A stretch of 64,000 nucleotides of DNA from Octopus vulgaris (lineage: Eukaryota), in NCBI GenBank assembly GCA_951406725.2, contig OX597819.1:115444001-115508000 (forward strand). Direction: 5' to 3'. Shown one piece after another: positions 37,926-50,840 of this stretch. The notes under the pieces are model-generated. The model saw only the letters and a list, made by a program, of their open reading frames with translations. It did no database searches and was not told where the DNA came from. Position 1 is the first letter of the stretch. Each line of letters begins with the position of its first letter. Both the position numbers and the translations under genes were made by a program.

Positions 37926-38408
37926 AGCTAGAGGACTGTTTAAAATATTCTTCAAAACCTTAATTCTCTTCGCCACCTCAGTGACCACCAGGATGGCTTC
38001 TGTAGAGATAGACCCACTGGAGAGTTGCACTTTTATGTCATTTACAATTTGTGAAAGCCATGTTGCTGGCTATCTGGCATGAAAACCTCTTGGTTAAGCT
38101 GCCTCCTTTTAAACCTCATCCATCTCTCGTCTCTTGGATTGGAAGATATCTGTGAGACTGCTCTGTGTCTTTCTTTGATTTGTGCTCTGTTAGCTCTGAT
38201 GTTCACTCTTCAGTTTTAAAGTTCTAGCCATGCTTTCATGACTGCCACTAACAGTGTATAAGTTACTGATGCCCTCAGTATTCTTCCTCATGGAGATTAA
38301 CTATCTACCCATTGTCATTCTAACTGCTTACTCTTATGCAGGCATTATTACCCTTTATTTATATAATAATATTACTCTTTTATCACTTTTTCTTCTTTTA
38401 TCTTCTAG

Positions 38409-38576
38409 GAACAAGCAAAAGCAGTTGCACTGGGAAAAGCTCGACTTCAGATGCCTCCTGTAATGAAAGCACAAAAAGATTTGTCAGATGTGGTGTTATC
38501 CAATGATACTTGTCTTGATAAACTGAACAAAAAAAAGCTGGTGTTTACTGATATTTCACTTAATGTTTCTCACAAG
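38409..38576 (+). CDS. MRPS22: MRPS22 coding exon 3
   Basis: EQAKAVALGKARLQMPPVM..KLVFTDISLNVSHK matches RLKMPPVL..YVFTDIS; tag/gtac. Confidence 0.93.
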
Positions 38577-40803
38577 GTACATAAAATCCAATTCTAATTT
38601 TTCTTTCTATTTATTATTGCAATCATCATCAATGTTCCATGCTGGGATGGGTTGGATGGTTTGACCAAATCTGAAGGGTCTGTAGTTTGTTGGCATGATT
38701 TCTACACCAGAATCATCATCATCATCATTGTCGTTTAATGTCCACTTTCCATGCTGGCATGGTTTGACTGAGGACTGGTGAGCCAGAGGCTGCACTAGGT
38801 TCAATCTGATCTGGCAGAGTTTCTACAGCTGGATGCCCTTCCTAATGCCAACCACTCCGAAAGTGTAGTGGGTGCTTTTACGTGCCACTGGCATGAGGGC
38901 CAGACAGGCAGTTCCAGCAACGACCATGCTCAAAAGGTGTTTTTTATGTGCTACCTGCACAGGAGCCAGTCCGGCAGCACTGGCAACGACCATGCTTGAA
39001 TGTTGTTTTTCACGTGCCACCGGTACATGTGCCAGTAAGGCGACGCTAGCAACGATGACGCTTGAATGGTCCTTTTCACAAGACACTGGCACGGGACCCA
39101 ATGTTCTTTCTAATATTAACCACTTTACAGTTTGTACTGAGTACTTTTGCTTTTTGTGGCACCAGCACTAGTGAGGTTGATATATAGCATGGTGTGAATA
39201 GATCTACAGCAGAGAATGAGATGGCTTTATGCTGTGGGATCAGGTGTTAATGTGTGAAAGAGAAGGGGCCAGAGCTGAACAATTTCTTGCTGTAGAGGAG
39301 ATATGTAATTACTCATGCATATGTATTTGTGTACAAACAAATGAATGTGAGTAAAAAAAACGGTGATATTGTTTACTTTCTTCAGTGAACAAATACTCTA
39401 TAGTTTAGGGGATTTGAAAAACAAGGAAGAGTTGATGACTGGAAGAACATCTGGCCATAGAAATCTGCCTTGATAACATTCTGTAAATTTGCCTGTATGG
39501 AATAAAGATCTAAAAATGGTAGATCAATAATCAATAAGTTCAAACGTGTGCAGTGTATTGCAGTTTGTCTTATATATTCAACATTCATCCAACTATAGGA
39601 AGTTCATAAGTTGCTACAGAAGTCAAGATGTACAGAAAAAATGCTTAGATGCATCCAGTCTGTAACTGTTTCATAAAGTAGGCTGAGGAAAGAAGCTTAG
39701 TGGATATCATCATCATCCCTCTCTCTCTCTTTCGGAGAGCCACAAGCACCTACACGCACATATACACACACGGCAGTAACTTCCGCCTGCCGAATTCAAT
39801 CACAAAGCTTCGGTCGGCTCGGGGCTATAGCAGAAGACACCTACCCAAAGTGCCACGCAGTGGGACTGAACCCGAAACCATAATCATCAAATGTCTATTT
39901 ACTATGGACACACAAACATATACATACATGCATATATATCCCTAGTTTCCGTATTGCCCACTAGATGAGGGATTGGGGTCCCTGTCAAAGGCTTTCTCCA
40001 AGTCAACAAAAGCCAAGTATAGGGCTTTATCTTTGGTTAGGTATTTCTCCTGCAGTTGCCTTACCAGGAATATAGCATCAGTGGTGCTTCTACTTGGCAC
40101 AAATCCAAACTGCATCACATCTAAGCAGACTCTCTCTCAGCAGTTTGAAAGCCCTGTAGTTATTTCTTTCTAAAGAATCACCTTTGCAAGAATAGATTGG
40201 AGCCTGGTGCGGCCTCCTGGCTTGCCAGTCCCCAGTCAAACCGTCCAACCCATGCCAGCATGGAAAACGGATGTTAAATGATGATGATGATATATATATA
40301 TATATATATATATCACAGTGACTGACCAGGCAATCAGATGTTGCTACACATCGCTGGTGACAATGCGCTTCGCATTGTTTTTGCCTTCAAATCACGCCAC
40401 CCCGCTGGCTAAGCGAGCAGGCCAATATATATATATATATATATATACACAATGGGCTTCTTTCAGCTTCTGTCTACCAAATCCACTCTCAAAGCTTTGG
40501 TTGGCCCAAGGCTATAGTAGAAGACATTTGCCCAAGGTGCCATGCAGTGGGACTGAACCTGGAACCATGTGGTTGGTAATCAAGCTACTTACCACACGGC
40601 CACTCCTGTGCTGATTGTGTGTATGTGTATATCTTGTGTTTGTGTTTGCTTTTCACTGCTTGGCAACCAATGTTAGTTTGTTTATATTCCTGTAACTTAG
40701 TGGTTCAGCAAAACTATATGGATACAATAAGTACAAGATGAAAGATAAGTACAGGGTTGATTCGACAAACTGAAACAATTTATTTTTTTATTTCATCTAA
40801 CAG

Positions 40804-40947
40804 AAAAGATTTATTGTGGTTCGAGAACCAGATGGCAAACTACGGCATGCATCAGTTGATGAACGTGCAAGACTTATACAGACTTATTTTCCTTTTGAAG
40901 GGCGTAAGATATTGAGTCCCAAAATGTTTCAAGGGGAACAATTAGAG
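40804..40947 (+). CDS. MRPS22: MRPS22 coding exon 4
   Basis: [36 protein letters not shown] matches [35 protein letters not shown]; cag/gtaagt. Confidence 0.96.
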
Positions 40948-41416
40948 GTAAGTTTCCTTGGCACAAAAAAACCCCCCAGAAAGACCCAATTATTTTTCAG
41001 TTTAATTATAAAACAACAGAGTAATCTTCATTATTTATATTATTAAATTCGACAGATATATGTCCTCATCTTGTTTATTGTTTGTTTCCCCAAGACACCA
41101 GATGAAGGCTGGAGGGTATATCAGCCAAAACATGTTAACAACAAACAAGATGAGGACAAATATCCGTCGAATGTAAATAATGTACATAATGCCTCATCTC
41201 TTAACTATAAAACTGTATAGTAATCTTCTTTAATCAAGGCTACTCTGTTTCTGTTATTGTTTATTTATTTATACCTTTGATGTCTTGGTGGAATCAGTAG
41301 AACATCAGACAAAATGCCTTGCTATATTTAGAGATGTTCTTTTATGTTCTGTGTTCAAATTCTGTTGAGGTCAACTTTTGCTTTTCATCCTTGAAGAGGT
41401 CAATATACAGTTTGAG

Positions 41417-41828
41417 ACCTGTTAACGAAAACAAAACAAAAAGAACCAGCCTACTAGGTGTGAAAAAAATGTGTAGAAAACGAATATAAAAAAAATATTT
41501 GTGCAAACGAAGAGGACTTTTGGAAAATTCACAAGATCTGATATTTTCTTAATAACTTTCAGAAAAACGGATATCTTTCGATGAAATTTTATAGAAATAT
41601 CGTTCAAATGGCACAAATTACGATTATAAAGAAATTTCTAGTGAAAATGTTCTCCAAAGGGGTGGGGAGAGAGGCAGCCAAATTATACCTTCTTCTCGCA
41701 AATACTTGCCAACAAAGACGAAGATATGTGCATGTATGTTTGCACAAATTTTTGTTTTCATATTCGTTTTCTACACGTTTTTTTTTACAACTATTAGACT
41801 GTTTTTTTTTCCTTTTGGTGACCGGGCG
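41417..41828. mobile_element. MITE with long imperfect TIRs
   Basis: gtagaaaacgaatat..atttgtgcaaac vs gtttgcacaaat..atattcgttttctacac. Confidence 0.6.
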
Positions 41829-42366
41829 CTAAACTTTTGGTGACCTGGCTCATAAGAGCTGGTTTCCTTGCTGTATAGGTTCCCCATCTGGACGGGACGT
41901 CGGTCTGTCACAGGTGAGCTGCAAGATTCAGGAGGAAAGAGTGAGAGAAAGTTGTGGCGAAAGAGTCAGCAGAAGTTCGCCATCACTTTCTGCGGGAGCC
42001 GCGTGGAGCTTAGGTGTTTTTTCTCTCATAAACACATCACCCAGTTTGAGATTCGAACCCATGATTCCTCAACCGCGAGTCCGCTGCCCTAACCACTAGG
42101 CCATGTGCATCCACAAATGTTGTCATTGTTTAACCTCAGGTCAGTCCTGACAGAGCAAGCCTATGATCAATGGCTTCTAGTTATGACAGTTTCATTTTAT
42201 TCTCAAGCATTGTGTACTCTGAGCTACATTATTGAATGCATTTCTTTTTTTTGAAGGAGATGAAGCTTTATTTCTAGCAGGTTAAGCGACCACATACAAA
42301 CTTTCTAACTGGCTTGAGATTAAATGTATTTTCTTTCTTATGTAATTTTATAATTTTGTTTTTCAG

Positions 42367-42450
42367 AAATTACTTGAGAAAGGTTCCTTTCAGTACATCT
42401 TGGATAAAGCTTGTATCCAGTTTGAACCAGACCATCCTGACTACATTCAG
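42367..42450 (+). CDS. MRPS22: MRPS22 coding exon 5
   Basis: KLLEKGSFQYILDKACIQFEPDHPDYIQ (QFEPD motif); cag/gtaatt. Confidence 0.94.
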
Positions 42451-43081
42451 GTAATTGAATTTTATATATTCTTTTCTACTCTAGGCATAAGGCCTGAAAT
42501 TTTTGGGGAGGACCCCAGTACGCAACTGGTACTTAATTTATCAACCCTGAAAAGATGAAAGGCAAAGTTGACCTCGGTGGAATTTGAACTCAGAACACAA
42601 AGACAGACGAATTTTATATATTAAAACAGAAATAAGAAGGGCTTCCAGCTGTAGAAACTTTGCCAGATCAGATTGAGCCTGGTGCAGCCTCTGGCTTGCC
42701 AGTCTTCAGTTAAACCGTCCAACCCATGCCTGCATGGAAAGTGGACGTTAAACGAGGATGATGATTTAGTGGGAAAAGACAACATCTATGACCTCTACAG
42801 GGTTTTTGAGATGGGTGGGAGGAAAGTGAAGAAGAAACTATAACTTATAGGCTACAGTGATAAAAAAAACAAAAAAACGCATATTAAGGTTTTGATTTAT
42901 CTTCAGAACAGTTACCTGATTTACATACTTTCAACTGTGTGGGCTCTGTTAAAAGCACCCAAAGCCCAGATGATGGGGTTAATTGGGTGATAGATAAGGT
43001 CTGTCTCATAAGTGTGTGTGTGTGCGTGCATAGGTATTTTAATATTTTTTATATTTATCCTTATGCAATTTTATTTTCCAG

Positions 43082-43227
43082 ATAACACAAAGGACATATG
43101 AATTTATTCGACAAGTTGGTGCTTTTGATACACTGCGATCTACACGTCACTTTGGTCCAATGGTATTCTACTATATATGGTATAACAAAGTTGACCGGTT
43201 GCTGATGGACATGATTGAACGGAACCA
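43082..43227 (+). CDS. MRPS22: MRPS22 coding exon 6
   Basis: ITQRTYEFIRQVGAFDTLRSTRHFGPMVFYYIWYNKVDRLLMDMIERN matches LRSTRYFGGMVWY; phase 0->2. Confidence 0.95.
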
Positions 43228-43476
43228 GTAAATATTTGATTATAATTATTTCTTTCTCTCAATTCAGCACTAAGCCCTCCAGTAACTGTTTTCAAACTTT
43301 TTCATCATCATTGTTGAAATGTCCACATTTTCATGTTCTGAAGTCATTGCAACAGATTTTCTATGGTTAGAACCTCTTCCCAAACCTCACCAGTTTTCAA
43401 GCAAAGTGAAATTACCCCATGGCTAAGCATATTTCCACAGAATATTTGAAATGGAGGACACGGATTATATAAAATC

Positions 43477-44765
43477 GATTTTAGAATTCGACTAGATGAA
43501 ATAAAGTTTGGCTTTGTCCTGGGGAGAAGCACCATGGATGCTATTTTCATAGTCAGGCAACTGCAAGGAAAGTATTTAGCTAAGAACAAACTATTGTACT
43601 TGGCATTTGTTGATCTAGAGAAAGCCCTCAACAGAGTACCTCACTCTGTGATATAGTGATCTCTGAGGAAGCTAGGGATAGATAAATGGTTTGTGAAAGT
43701 TTTACAGGCCATGTACAGGGATGAATTTAGTGTACAGATAGGTGCTCATCATGGGTCGGTTCTCAGCCCTCTCTTATTCATCATTGTCCTCCAGGCCATA
43801 ACAGAAGAATTTAAGAATGGAAGCCCATGGGAACTACCATATGCTGTTGATCTTGCCCTCATAGCAGAATCTGTCAAAATTAGAAAAGAAATTCCAGGTA
43901 TGGAAACAGAACCTAGAATCAAAGAGTCTTAAAGTAAACTCAAGCAAGAACCAAGGTCCTACCTAGTAAGCAAGAAGTCAGATAGGACCCTTCATCCTTC
44001 TGGTAAATGGCCCTGCTTGATATGTAGGAAGGGTGTAGTCAAAAATCCCTCTCGGGGTACCAAGTGCAAGCTATGAACACACAAGAGGTGCAGTGAAATA
44101 GTAGGAAGGTAAACAGAGAAAGAAATGTTTTTATGCGGAAGTTGTACTGGAGCTATAAAGATCACATCATGGGAAACTGATTTCCTCAAATGCCCCTTTG
44201 GCTCTCTGGAAGTTGTAGATAATTTTTGCTTCTTAGGTGACCTAATTAGCAGAGGAGAAGGTTGTAGAGAAAGTTTAATTGCTAGAATTAAAATAGGATG
44301 ATGAAAGTTCAGAAACCTCTGTTAGCAACCAAAGGACTCCCACTTTGAATGAAGGAAAAATTGTTTGATGCATGTGTATGAATGTTGTATGGTTGTGAGA
44401 TGTGGGCCCTGAATGTGGAGGACATGTGATGGCTGGAGAGGAACAAAACTGGTATGCTCCACTAGATGTGCGATTGTCAGTGTGTATGTATGACAGAGCA
44501 GTGATGTATTGAGAGAGAAATTGACCATCAGAGGAATTATATGCAGTGTGCAAGAGAAGTGACTGCTGGTTTGATCATGTGATGCAGATGGATGAGGATA
44601 GCTACATAGAGAAATGCTGATCACTTGGAAGGAAGTTATGGAAGAGGGAAACCCAGGAAGACATGGGATGAATTACTGAAGGCAGATCTCAAAACACTGA
44701 ACCTTATGAAGGAGATGACAAACAACTGAGATATGTGGTGCATTGCTTTATTTGAGAAGACCTGC
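43477..44765 (+). mobile_element. Decayed RTE-like LINE RT fragment
   Basis: FGFVLGRSTMDAIFIVRQLQGKY..LAFVDLEKA, GSVLSPLLFIIV, ELPYAVDL, Cys-rich insert, GKPRKTW; many stops. A related fragment lies on the minus strand at about 39960-40190. Confidence 0.82.
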
Positions 44766-45061
44766 CTGCTACAACAACTGAGATCCTAATACCAAGGTGC
44801 CATGTAAAAAGCATTGGTGTGGGTGCTGGTGCCACATAAAATGTACCCAGTATGTTCTCTAAAGTGGTTGGTGTTAGGAAGGGCATCCAACTGTAGAAGC
44901 CAATTCAAAACAGACTATGGAGCCTTGGTGTGGCTCCTGGCCTTGCCTGTTTCTGTCAAGCTGTCTGACCCATGTCAGCTGGAGAATGAACGTTAAATGA
45001 TGACGATGACTGTAATCATCATCATCGTTTAACGTCCGCTTTCCATGCTAGCATGGGTTGG

Positions 45062-45199
45062 ACGATTTTGACTGAGGGCTGGTGAACCAGATGGCTGCAC
45101 CAGGCTCACAATTTTGACTGAGGGCTGGTGAACCAAATGGCTGCACCAGGCTCACGATTTTGACTGAGGGCTGGCGAACCAGATGGCTGCACCAGGCTC
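45062..45199. repeat. 46-bp tandem triplication inside a family C retroposon
   Basis: acgattttgactgagggctggtgaaccagatggctgcaccaggctc x3, 1-2 mismatches. Confidence 0.9.
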
Positions 45200-45451
45200 C
45201 AATCTTGATTTGGCAGAGTTTCTAGAGCTGGATGCCCTTCCTAACGCCAAAGTAAGATAGTAACAATATGCCATTTATGGATTTATGGATTTGATTTGAT
45301 TAATTGCTGAGGTCAGAATTTTAAAAGAGACAATATTTTATAAAGTTATTTATTTCATTGTTGTTGAGTGCTGATCAGTTGAGTGTTATTTAACTTCACT
45401 AGTTACAATCACCAACACAAAACATTCTCACAGTTTATCTTCACCTTACAG

Positions 45452-45557
45452 AATATCTGATGCTGCTGATGTGGTCCGACTTTATAATTTAGTTCATACT
45501 GATTCACCTTGTGCTGAGACTTGTCAGGATGTTGACAATGATCTTGACCTATTAAAG
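45452..45557 (+). CDS. MRPS22: MRPS22 coding exon 7
   Basis: ISDAADVVRLYNLVHTDSPCAETCQDVDNDLDLLK matches IDDATNLVQLYHVLHPD; cag/gtgagt; phase 2->0. Confidence 0.92.
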
Positions 45558-45894
45558 GTGAGTTAATTCTTTGTCCAGTTAATGTGTTCTTAATTTCTTT
45601 GTTTGGTCATCTAAAGAAAAAAAATTAAAGAGCTGCTGTGTGGTTTTTGATATGTCAGCCTTGTTACTAGTTACGGTGGTCCATTGAAAAGTGAGTACAT
45701 TCTAGCTGTACTTTTCGTAGGAATTCAGACATTGTAGAAGAGTCACCACCACTGCAACAACAAGACTTTGGCTGGCCTGAAGCTATAGTAGAAGATACTT
45801 GCCCAAGTTGCCACACTCTGGAATTGAATCCCAAACTATGTGGTAGTGAAGGACCACACAGACATACTTTTGCCTTTACATATATATATATATA

Positions 45895-46058
45895 TAAAAT
45901 TATAATTTAGGGGATGTAAGAGATATCACCACACCGGAAATAACAGCCTAAATTTGACTCTAAAACCACATTAAACATTTAATGTGGGTTTAGAGTCAAG
46001 TTTAGGCTGCTATTTCCAGCGTGGCAGTATCTCTTAGATACCCTAAATTATAATTTTA
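45895..46058. repeat. Near-perfect about 160-bp palindrome
   Basis: taaaattataatttaggg..cacattaaa-ca-tttaatgtg..ccctaaattataatttta. Confidence 0.85.
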
Positions 46059-46138
46059 ATAAAAATTATTACCTTTGAAGGCTTTTATATTCCCATGCTG
46101 GCCACTTGATAAAATCGATATATAAATAATGATCTTAT

Positions 46139-46173
<35 letters not shown>

Positions 46174-47187
46174 AATGTAAATAGTGTACACTTATTTTTA
46201 ATATGTTCCTGCATTCACTGCAAGATTTTGTTTTTGAGAACAAAATTCTTCCTATAGACTAAGTGAGTAAAAACATGTGGTTCAAGTGTCATTGACAGAC
46301 TGCCAAACATGGAGCTCTTGGCATGATTGTACTTTCTCATTAAGAGATATCATCTCAGTCATTTACGAGTTTCATGCTTCGGATAAACAGGTGATATAAT
46401 ATTACTGTATTTATTCATATAAAAGTAACATTACTTTACTCTTGATTTTTAACGGAGTAAAAAAAATTGGGTGGAACCTAAAACTACGACGGAAAATATT
46501 TTGTACCCACAGTTAACACCTATACGCAAGTAAGTAGTGTATTCACTTCACATGAAAGGGACGCAACTTGCTAACTGACCGTCTGTGTGTAGGGTTGTCT
46601 CCCTTATAGCTGCACATGGGGTCATATGGTGTGAAATACTAGTTAAGAAAGTTTCATGAATAAACAGAAGAAAAGTCTGAATATCAGAAAAGTCACTTGT
46701 ACAACTAGCTGAATTAAAGTGATGAATCAGATCATGGAATAATATGAAATAGGGTGAATTAATAAGGAAGATGGAATTTGGTGGAGTGAAAAGTTTGAGA
46801 GTTTAAATAAACTATAAATAGTAAAAATTAAAGAAAGTGCAACTGTTTGGTTTATGCTTACGTGATAAACATTGACTGGATATATCTACATGAACTGTGC
46901 TTCTGTCTGAGATAGATATAATTTTATAACGTTTGTAAACTGTACAGTGTTAAATTCATGGCATGAAACATAAGTATCAATGTTTTATCTTATACAAGGA
47001 CTATATTTACTGTAGCTCCAGGCTAACCAAAGCCTTGTAAGTGGATTTGCAAGATGGAAACTGAAAGGTCATCTTTACGTGTGTGTGTATACACACATAG
47101 TTATGGTATATTCTGTAAAGAACGTAGTAGAGTGTTGCATGGAAACAATTGTAGTGATTAAAAAATAAATGTCCAACTTTTTCAATG

Positions 47188-47249
<62 letters not shown>

Positions 47250-47662
47250 GGAGGTGCTGAAAAGTTTCTGGCTTGAAGGAAAGACCTGGTTGGAGACTCA
47301 ATCTTCCAAGATCATCATCATCATCATTTTTAAATGTCCGTTTTTCATGCTGGCATAGGTTGGACAGTTTGATTGAGGTCTGGCAAGCCAGTTGGCTGCA
47401 CCAGTATGATTTGGTAAGGATTCTCCAGCTGGATGCCCTTCCTAACACCAACCACTCTGAGTGTGTAGTGGGTGCTTTTTACATACCACCTGCATGGGAG
47501 CCAAGGCTTAGAAAAACTGAAGTACTACTGCAATATGTGTGTGAATCTGAGAGAGGTATATGTTCAATAAAATCATAATCAACTGATCCTTCTGTAATTT
47601 TCTTTAACCCAAAGCCAGGAACTCTTCCCTGATATGTGTGTGTGTATGTGTATATATATATG

Positions 47663-47694
<32 letters not shown>

Positions 47695-49087
47695 TATGAG
47701 AGGGATGACCCTTATGCTAGAAGTAGATCTGCTATGGTCTTACCACTAAGAAATGTTCTCAAGAAAAATTTAGTAAACAACAGAACGTAATTGAGCAAGA
47801 CAAAAGAAAAGCAACAAAAATATGGATTATTCACATACATGTTTCGCTATTAACATAATATGCAATTTTACTCACGCAATTTGTAGATCTTTGGTGTGAC
47901 CGTCCAAACAAATATAATTTGCAGAACTATATACTAGGATGTCTGCACAAAGTTGGACTTGTATATAGTGCTACCTATTACACTCATGGTTACTATTCAA
48001 ATATATATAGATATGTGAATGTTTCTCCTTGTCCTAACATCACATAATAGTTGTAAATGCATATCACTATTATATAAGCAGTCATTCATTTTCAGTAATC
48101 TGTGAGAATATGGCAGGCCATAGGGAAATACTCCCTTGTTTGGAAATAGGTTGGTGACAAGAATAGCATCTGTCCCTCAAAAATCTGCCTCAGTAAATTC
48201 TGATCAACTCATGCAAGTATGGAAAAGTGAATGTTCAATACAATCATGATGATTGTGACTCTGCTTAGCCATAGTGATGCTATAAAGCAGTTGTTGGAAG
48301 CCAATATACTTACATTTCAATATGGCTCTGACGAAGCTATAAGATGTCACACGAGTACTCAGTTCTGTAAATGAGTGTTACTGTTACACAAAGCAATGTC
48401 ATTCATTTCTTGTATTCTGTGAAACATGTTGGTCATGTAGAAATATTCTTTACTACTCTAGGCACAAGGCCTGAAATTTTGGGGGAGGGGGCCAGTCGAT
48501 TAGATTGACCCCAGTATGCAACTGGTATTTAATTTATTCACCCCGAAAAGATGAAAGGCAAAGTTGACCTCGGCAGAATTTGAACTCAGAATGTAAAGAC
48601 AGGTGAAATACTGCTAAGCATTTCGCCCGGTGTGCTAACATTTCTGCTATCTCGCCACCTTGGTCACATAGAAATATTACCTTGCTTGGACTCAGATGAG
48701 TATTGACAACAGAATGAGAAATCTGGCTGTAGAAAATCTCTCAATAAACTCTATCTGATGATGATGATGATAGATGAATGGAAAGCAGAATTGGTAGAGC
48801 AATGGATAAAATATACTATGGTTTTTGCTTACGTCCTTCCTTTCTCAGGTTGATACTGCCTCTCTGCCTTCCAAGAGCAATAAAATCAGTATCAAAAGTG
48901 GGGGTTTTGACTAAAACCCTTGAGGCTATTGTTCCAGTGTGACCATGGTCAGATGACTGAAACCAGTTAAAGAATAAAGGATCTGAAGTATCGAATTCTG
49001 ATAAACCATTGTAAAATTCCCAACCCTTGAAATTCCTGTGGCATTTTAAAAATTTGTTCTCTTCATGTTTATTTTCTTTTTTCACAG

Positions 49088-49195
49088 ATCTTTTGTGTTA
49101 CCAGTTCCACAGAGAAGCCTCGCCTAGAGTTGACTCTGCAAGTGCATGAAGACAAACTAAATGGTGAAGAATATCAAGAATCCAGTGTATCATAA
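49088..49195 (+). CDS. MRPS22: MRPS22 coding exon 8 (stop)
   Basis: Long pyrimidine tract + cag; IFCVTSSTEKPRLELTLQVHED..SVS* (ELTLQ motif); AATAAA at 49214-49219 and 49285-49290. Confidence 0.9.
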   Translation: MFCVTSSTEKPRLELTLQVHEDKLNGEEYQESSVS

Positions 49196-50369
49196 TGAAT
49201 TTAAAAATGAAAAAATAAAAAGAACAATTATTTGCAGTTATCTAAAATAGATATTTTTTATCAATGAACTTTACGTAGAAATCAAATAAAAATCATCTTT
49301 AAAAAACATTTTGTTTATTTACTTATGTATTTTGATGTTATATATTTCTTTTTATACATTATATATTTACGCATTGAAAATTTATATTTTCACATATATA
49401 TTTTTGACGTGATCGGACTGAGGATGCATCCAGCTGGTCTTGAGATCATCTTTCTCCCGGAAAAGAGACTGTTGATGATAATTAGATGCAGTTCCATGCA
49501 AAAACTCCAACTGAAGCCGCTCATGGTCTTTGCAATTTCCAACATCATGTTTTCCAAGAACTCCTTTCTAGGCTTTTGAATCTTAGCCTACTGTGGTGTT
49601 GATGCCACCAAGGATGATGACCTTGTCATCCACTGGAGTGTCTTGTGGTAGGTTGTGAAGGTCAGTATAGTACTTTTTTTTAACAGGCTAAAATTTGCCT
49701 TTGCAGAAGAAAACCTCCCAGAATCTTAGCTTGGTTTTAAAGCGAACAGGAGCCCCACCAACTTGGTCTTTATTCTCAGACAGCTCCAAGAGAAATGCAG
49801 AGAGCAGAACAAAGGACTGTATATTACTACTGTCGACTTCTAATAAAATAATGCCTTGCCATGAGAGTTGTGTTTACTCTTGCAGTTTCTCTTACATACT
49901 AGTTTCTCTTGGCCAAGTAGCTTCTGCGCAGCAAGAAGTGATGCATTGCAGGGTTGTCTCTGTGTGTGCAACAAAAGCAACATCATCTGCAGAGAGCATG
50001 GCTGGCTTGTTCTAGTGTTTTCGTGTGAAATTACTCGAGCTTCAGATATCACGGATGTTTTGTTTTAGCTTCTGGGAAATTAACGAATAGCTTTTTGGTC
50101 CGTTGTGCCAAATTCAGATGGCACTTTGGGCAGTTACCTCTAATAAAATAGCGCCTTACCATAAGAGCTGTGTTTACTCTTGCAGTTTCTCTTGCGTACT
50201 GTCATTTTTCTTGTTCCACTGTTTTCATCGCCACTGGCATATCCGCCATAACAACAGCCCTTTCAACAACAAACTGTTAAAGATTTGTTGATAGACATTG
50301 CAAAGCTTAAGAAATATTTGAACTTGGAATCTCTTGAAGTAAAATGGTATATCAGGCAGTGATATTGTA

Positions 50370-50840
50370 ATAAGAAATCTTTTCATTGTGAAGTGTTTTG
50401 CGTTTAACCGAAGACGATAATTACACAGAAATATCCATGTAAAGTTTGTAAGAAACACACTATTTGGAAAATGAAATCGTCATAGTATTTGAATTGGGAT
50501 ATGAAATCGTCATACAACATAGGAAAGACCTACCACTGTGAAATATGTAGAAAATATTTGTCTACGAGTTTTTAGCATAACACAAATGAATACGAACTCG
50601 AGTGAAATAAGTTTACTATGAAATACATAGGAAAGTTTTCATTAAGACACTCGTTATCTACAAATGTTATCATACCCGAGAAAAGACCTGTCGTTGTGAA
50701 ATACTTGGAAAATCTTGTCTCCGACAATTAACAGTATACAAGAAAATATAGGCTAAACAGACTATCACTGTGAGATATGTCGGAAATAATTTTTGATAAA
50801 CAGCGTCTTAACACACAAAGGAATGCAAAATGGAAAACGC
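50370..50840 (+). pseudogene. Decayed C2H2 zinc-finger array
   Basis: About 80-bp periodic units: KSFHCEV, KYPCKVCKK, GKTYHCEICRKYL, HK*IRTRVK*VYYEIHRKVF, HTREKTCRCEILGKS, YHCEICRK*F..LTHK. Confidence 0.72.

Noticed and set aside
38870-39095. CRISPR-like repeat array
   Set aside because: Eukaryotic locus; the units are diverged tandem repeats internal to a retroposon, with no unique spacers or cas genes.
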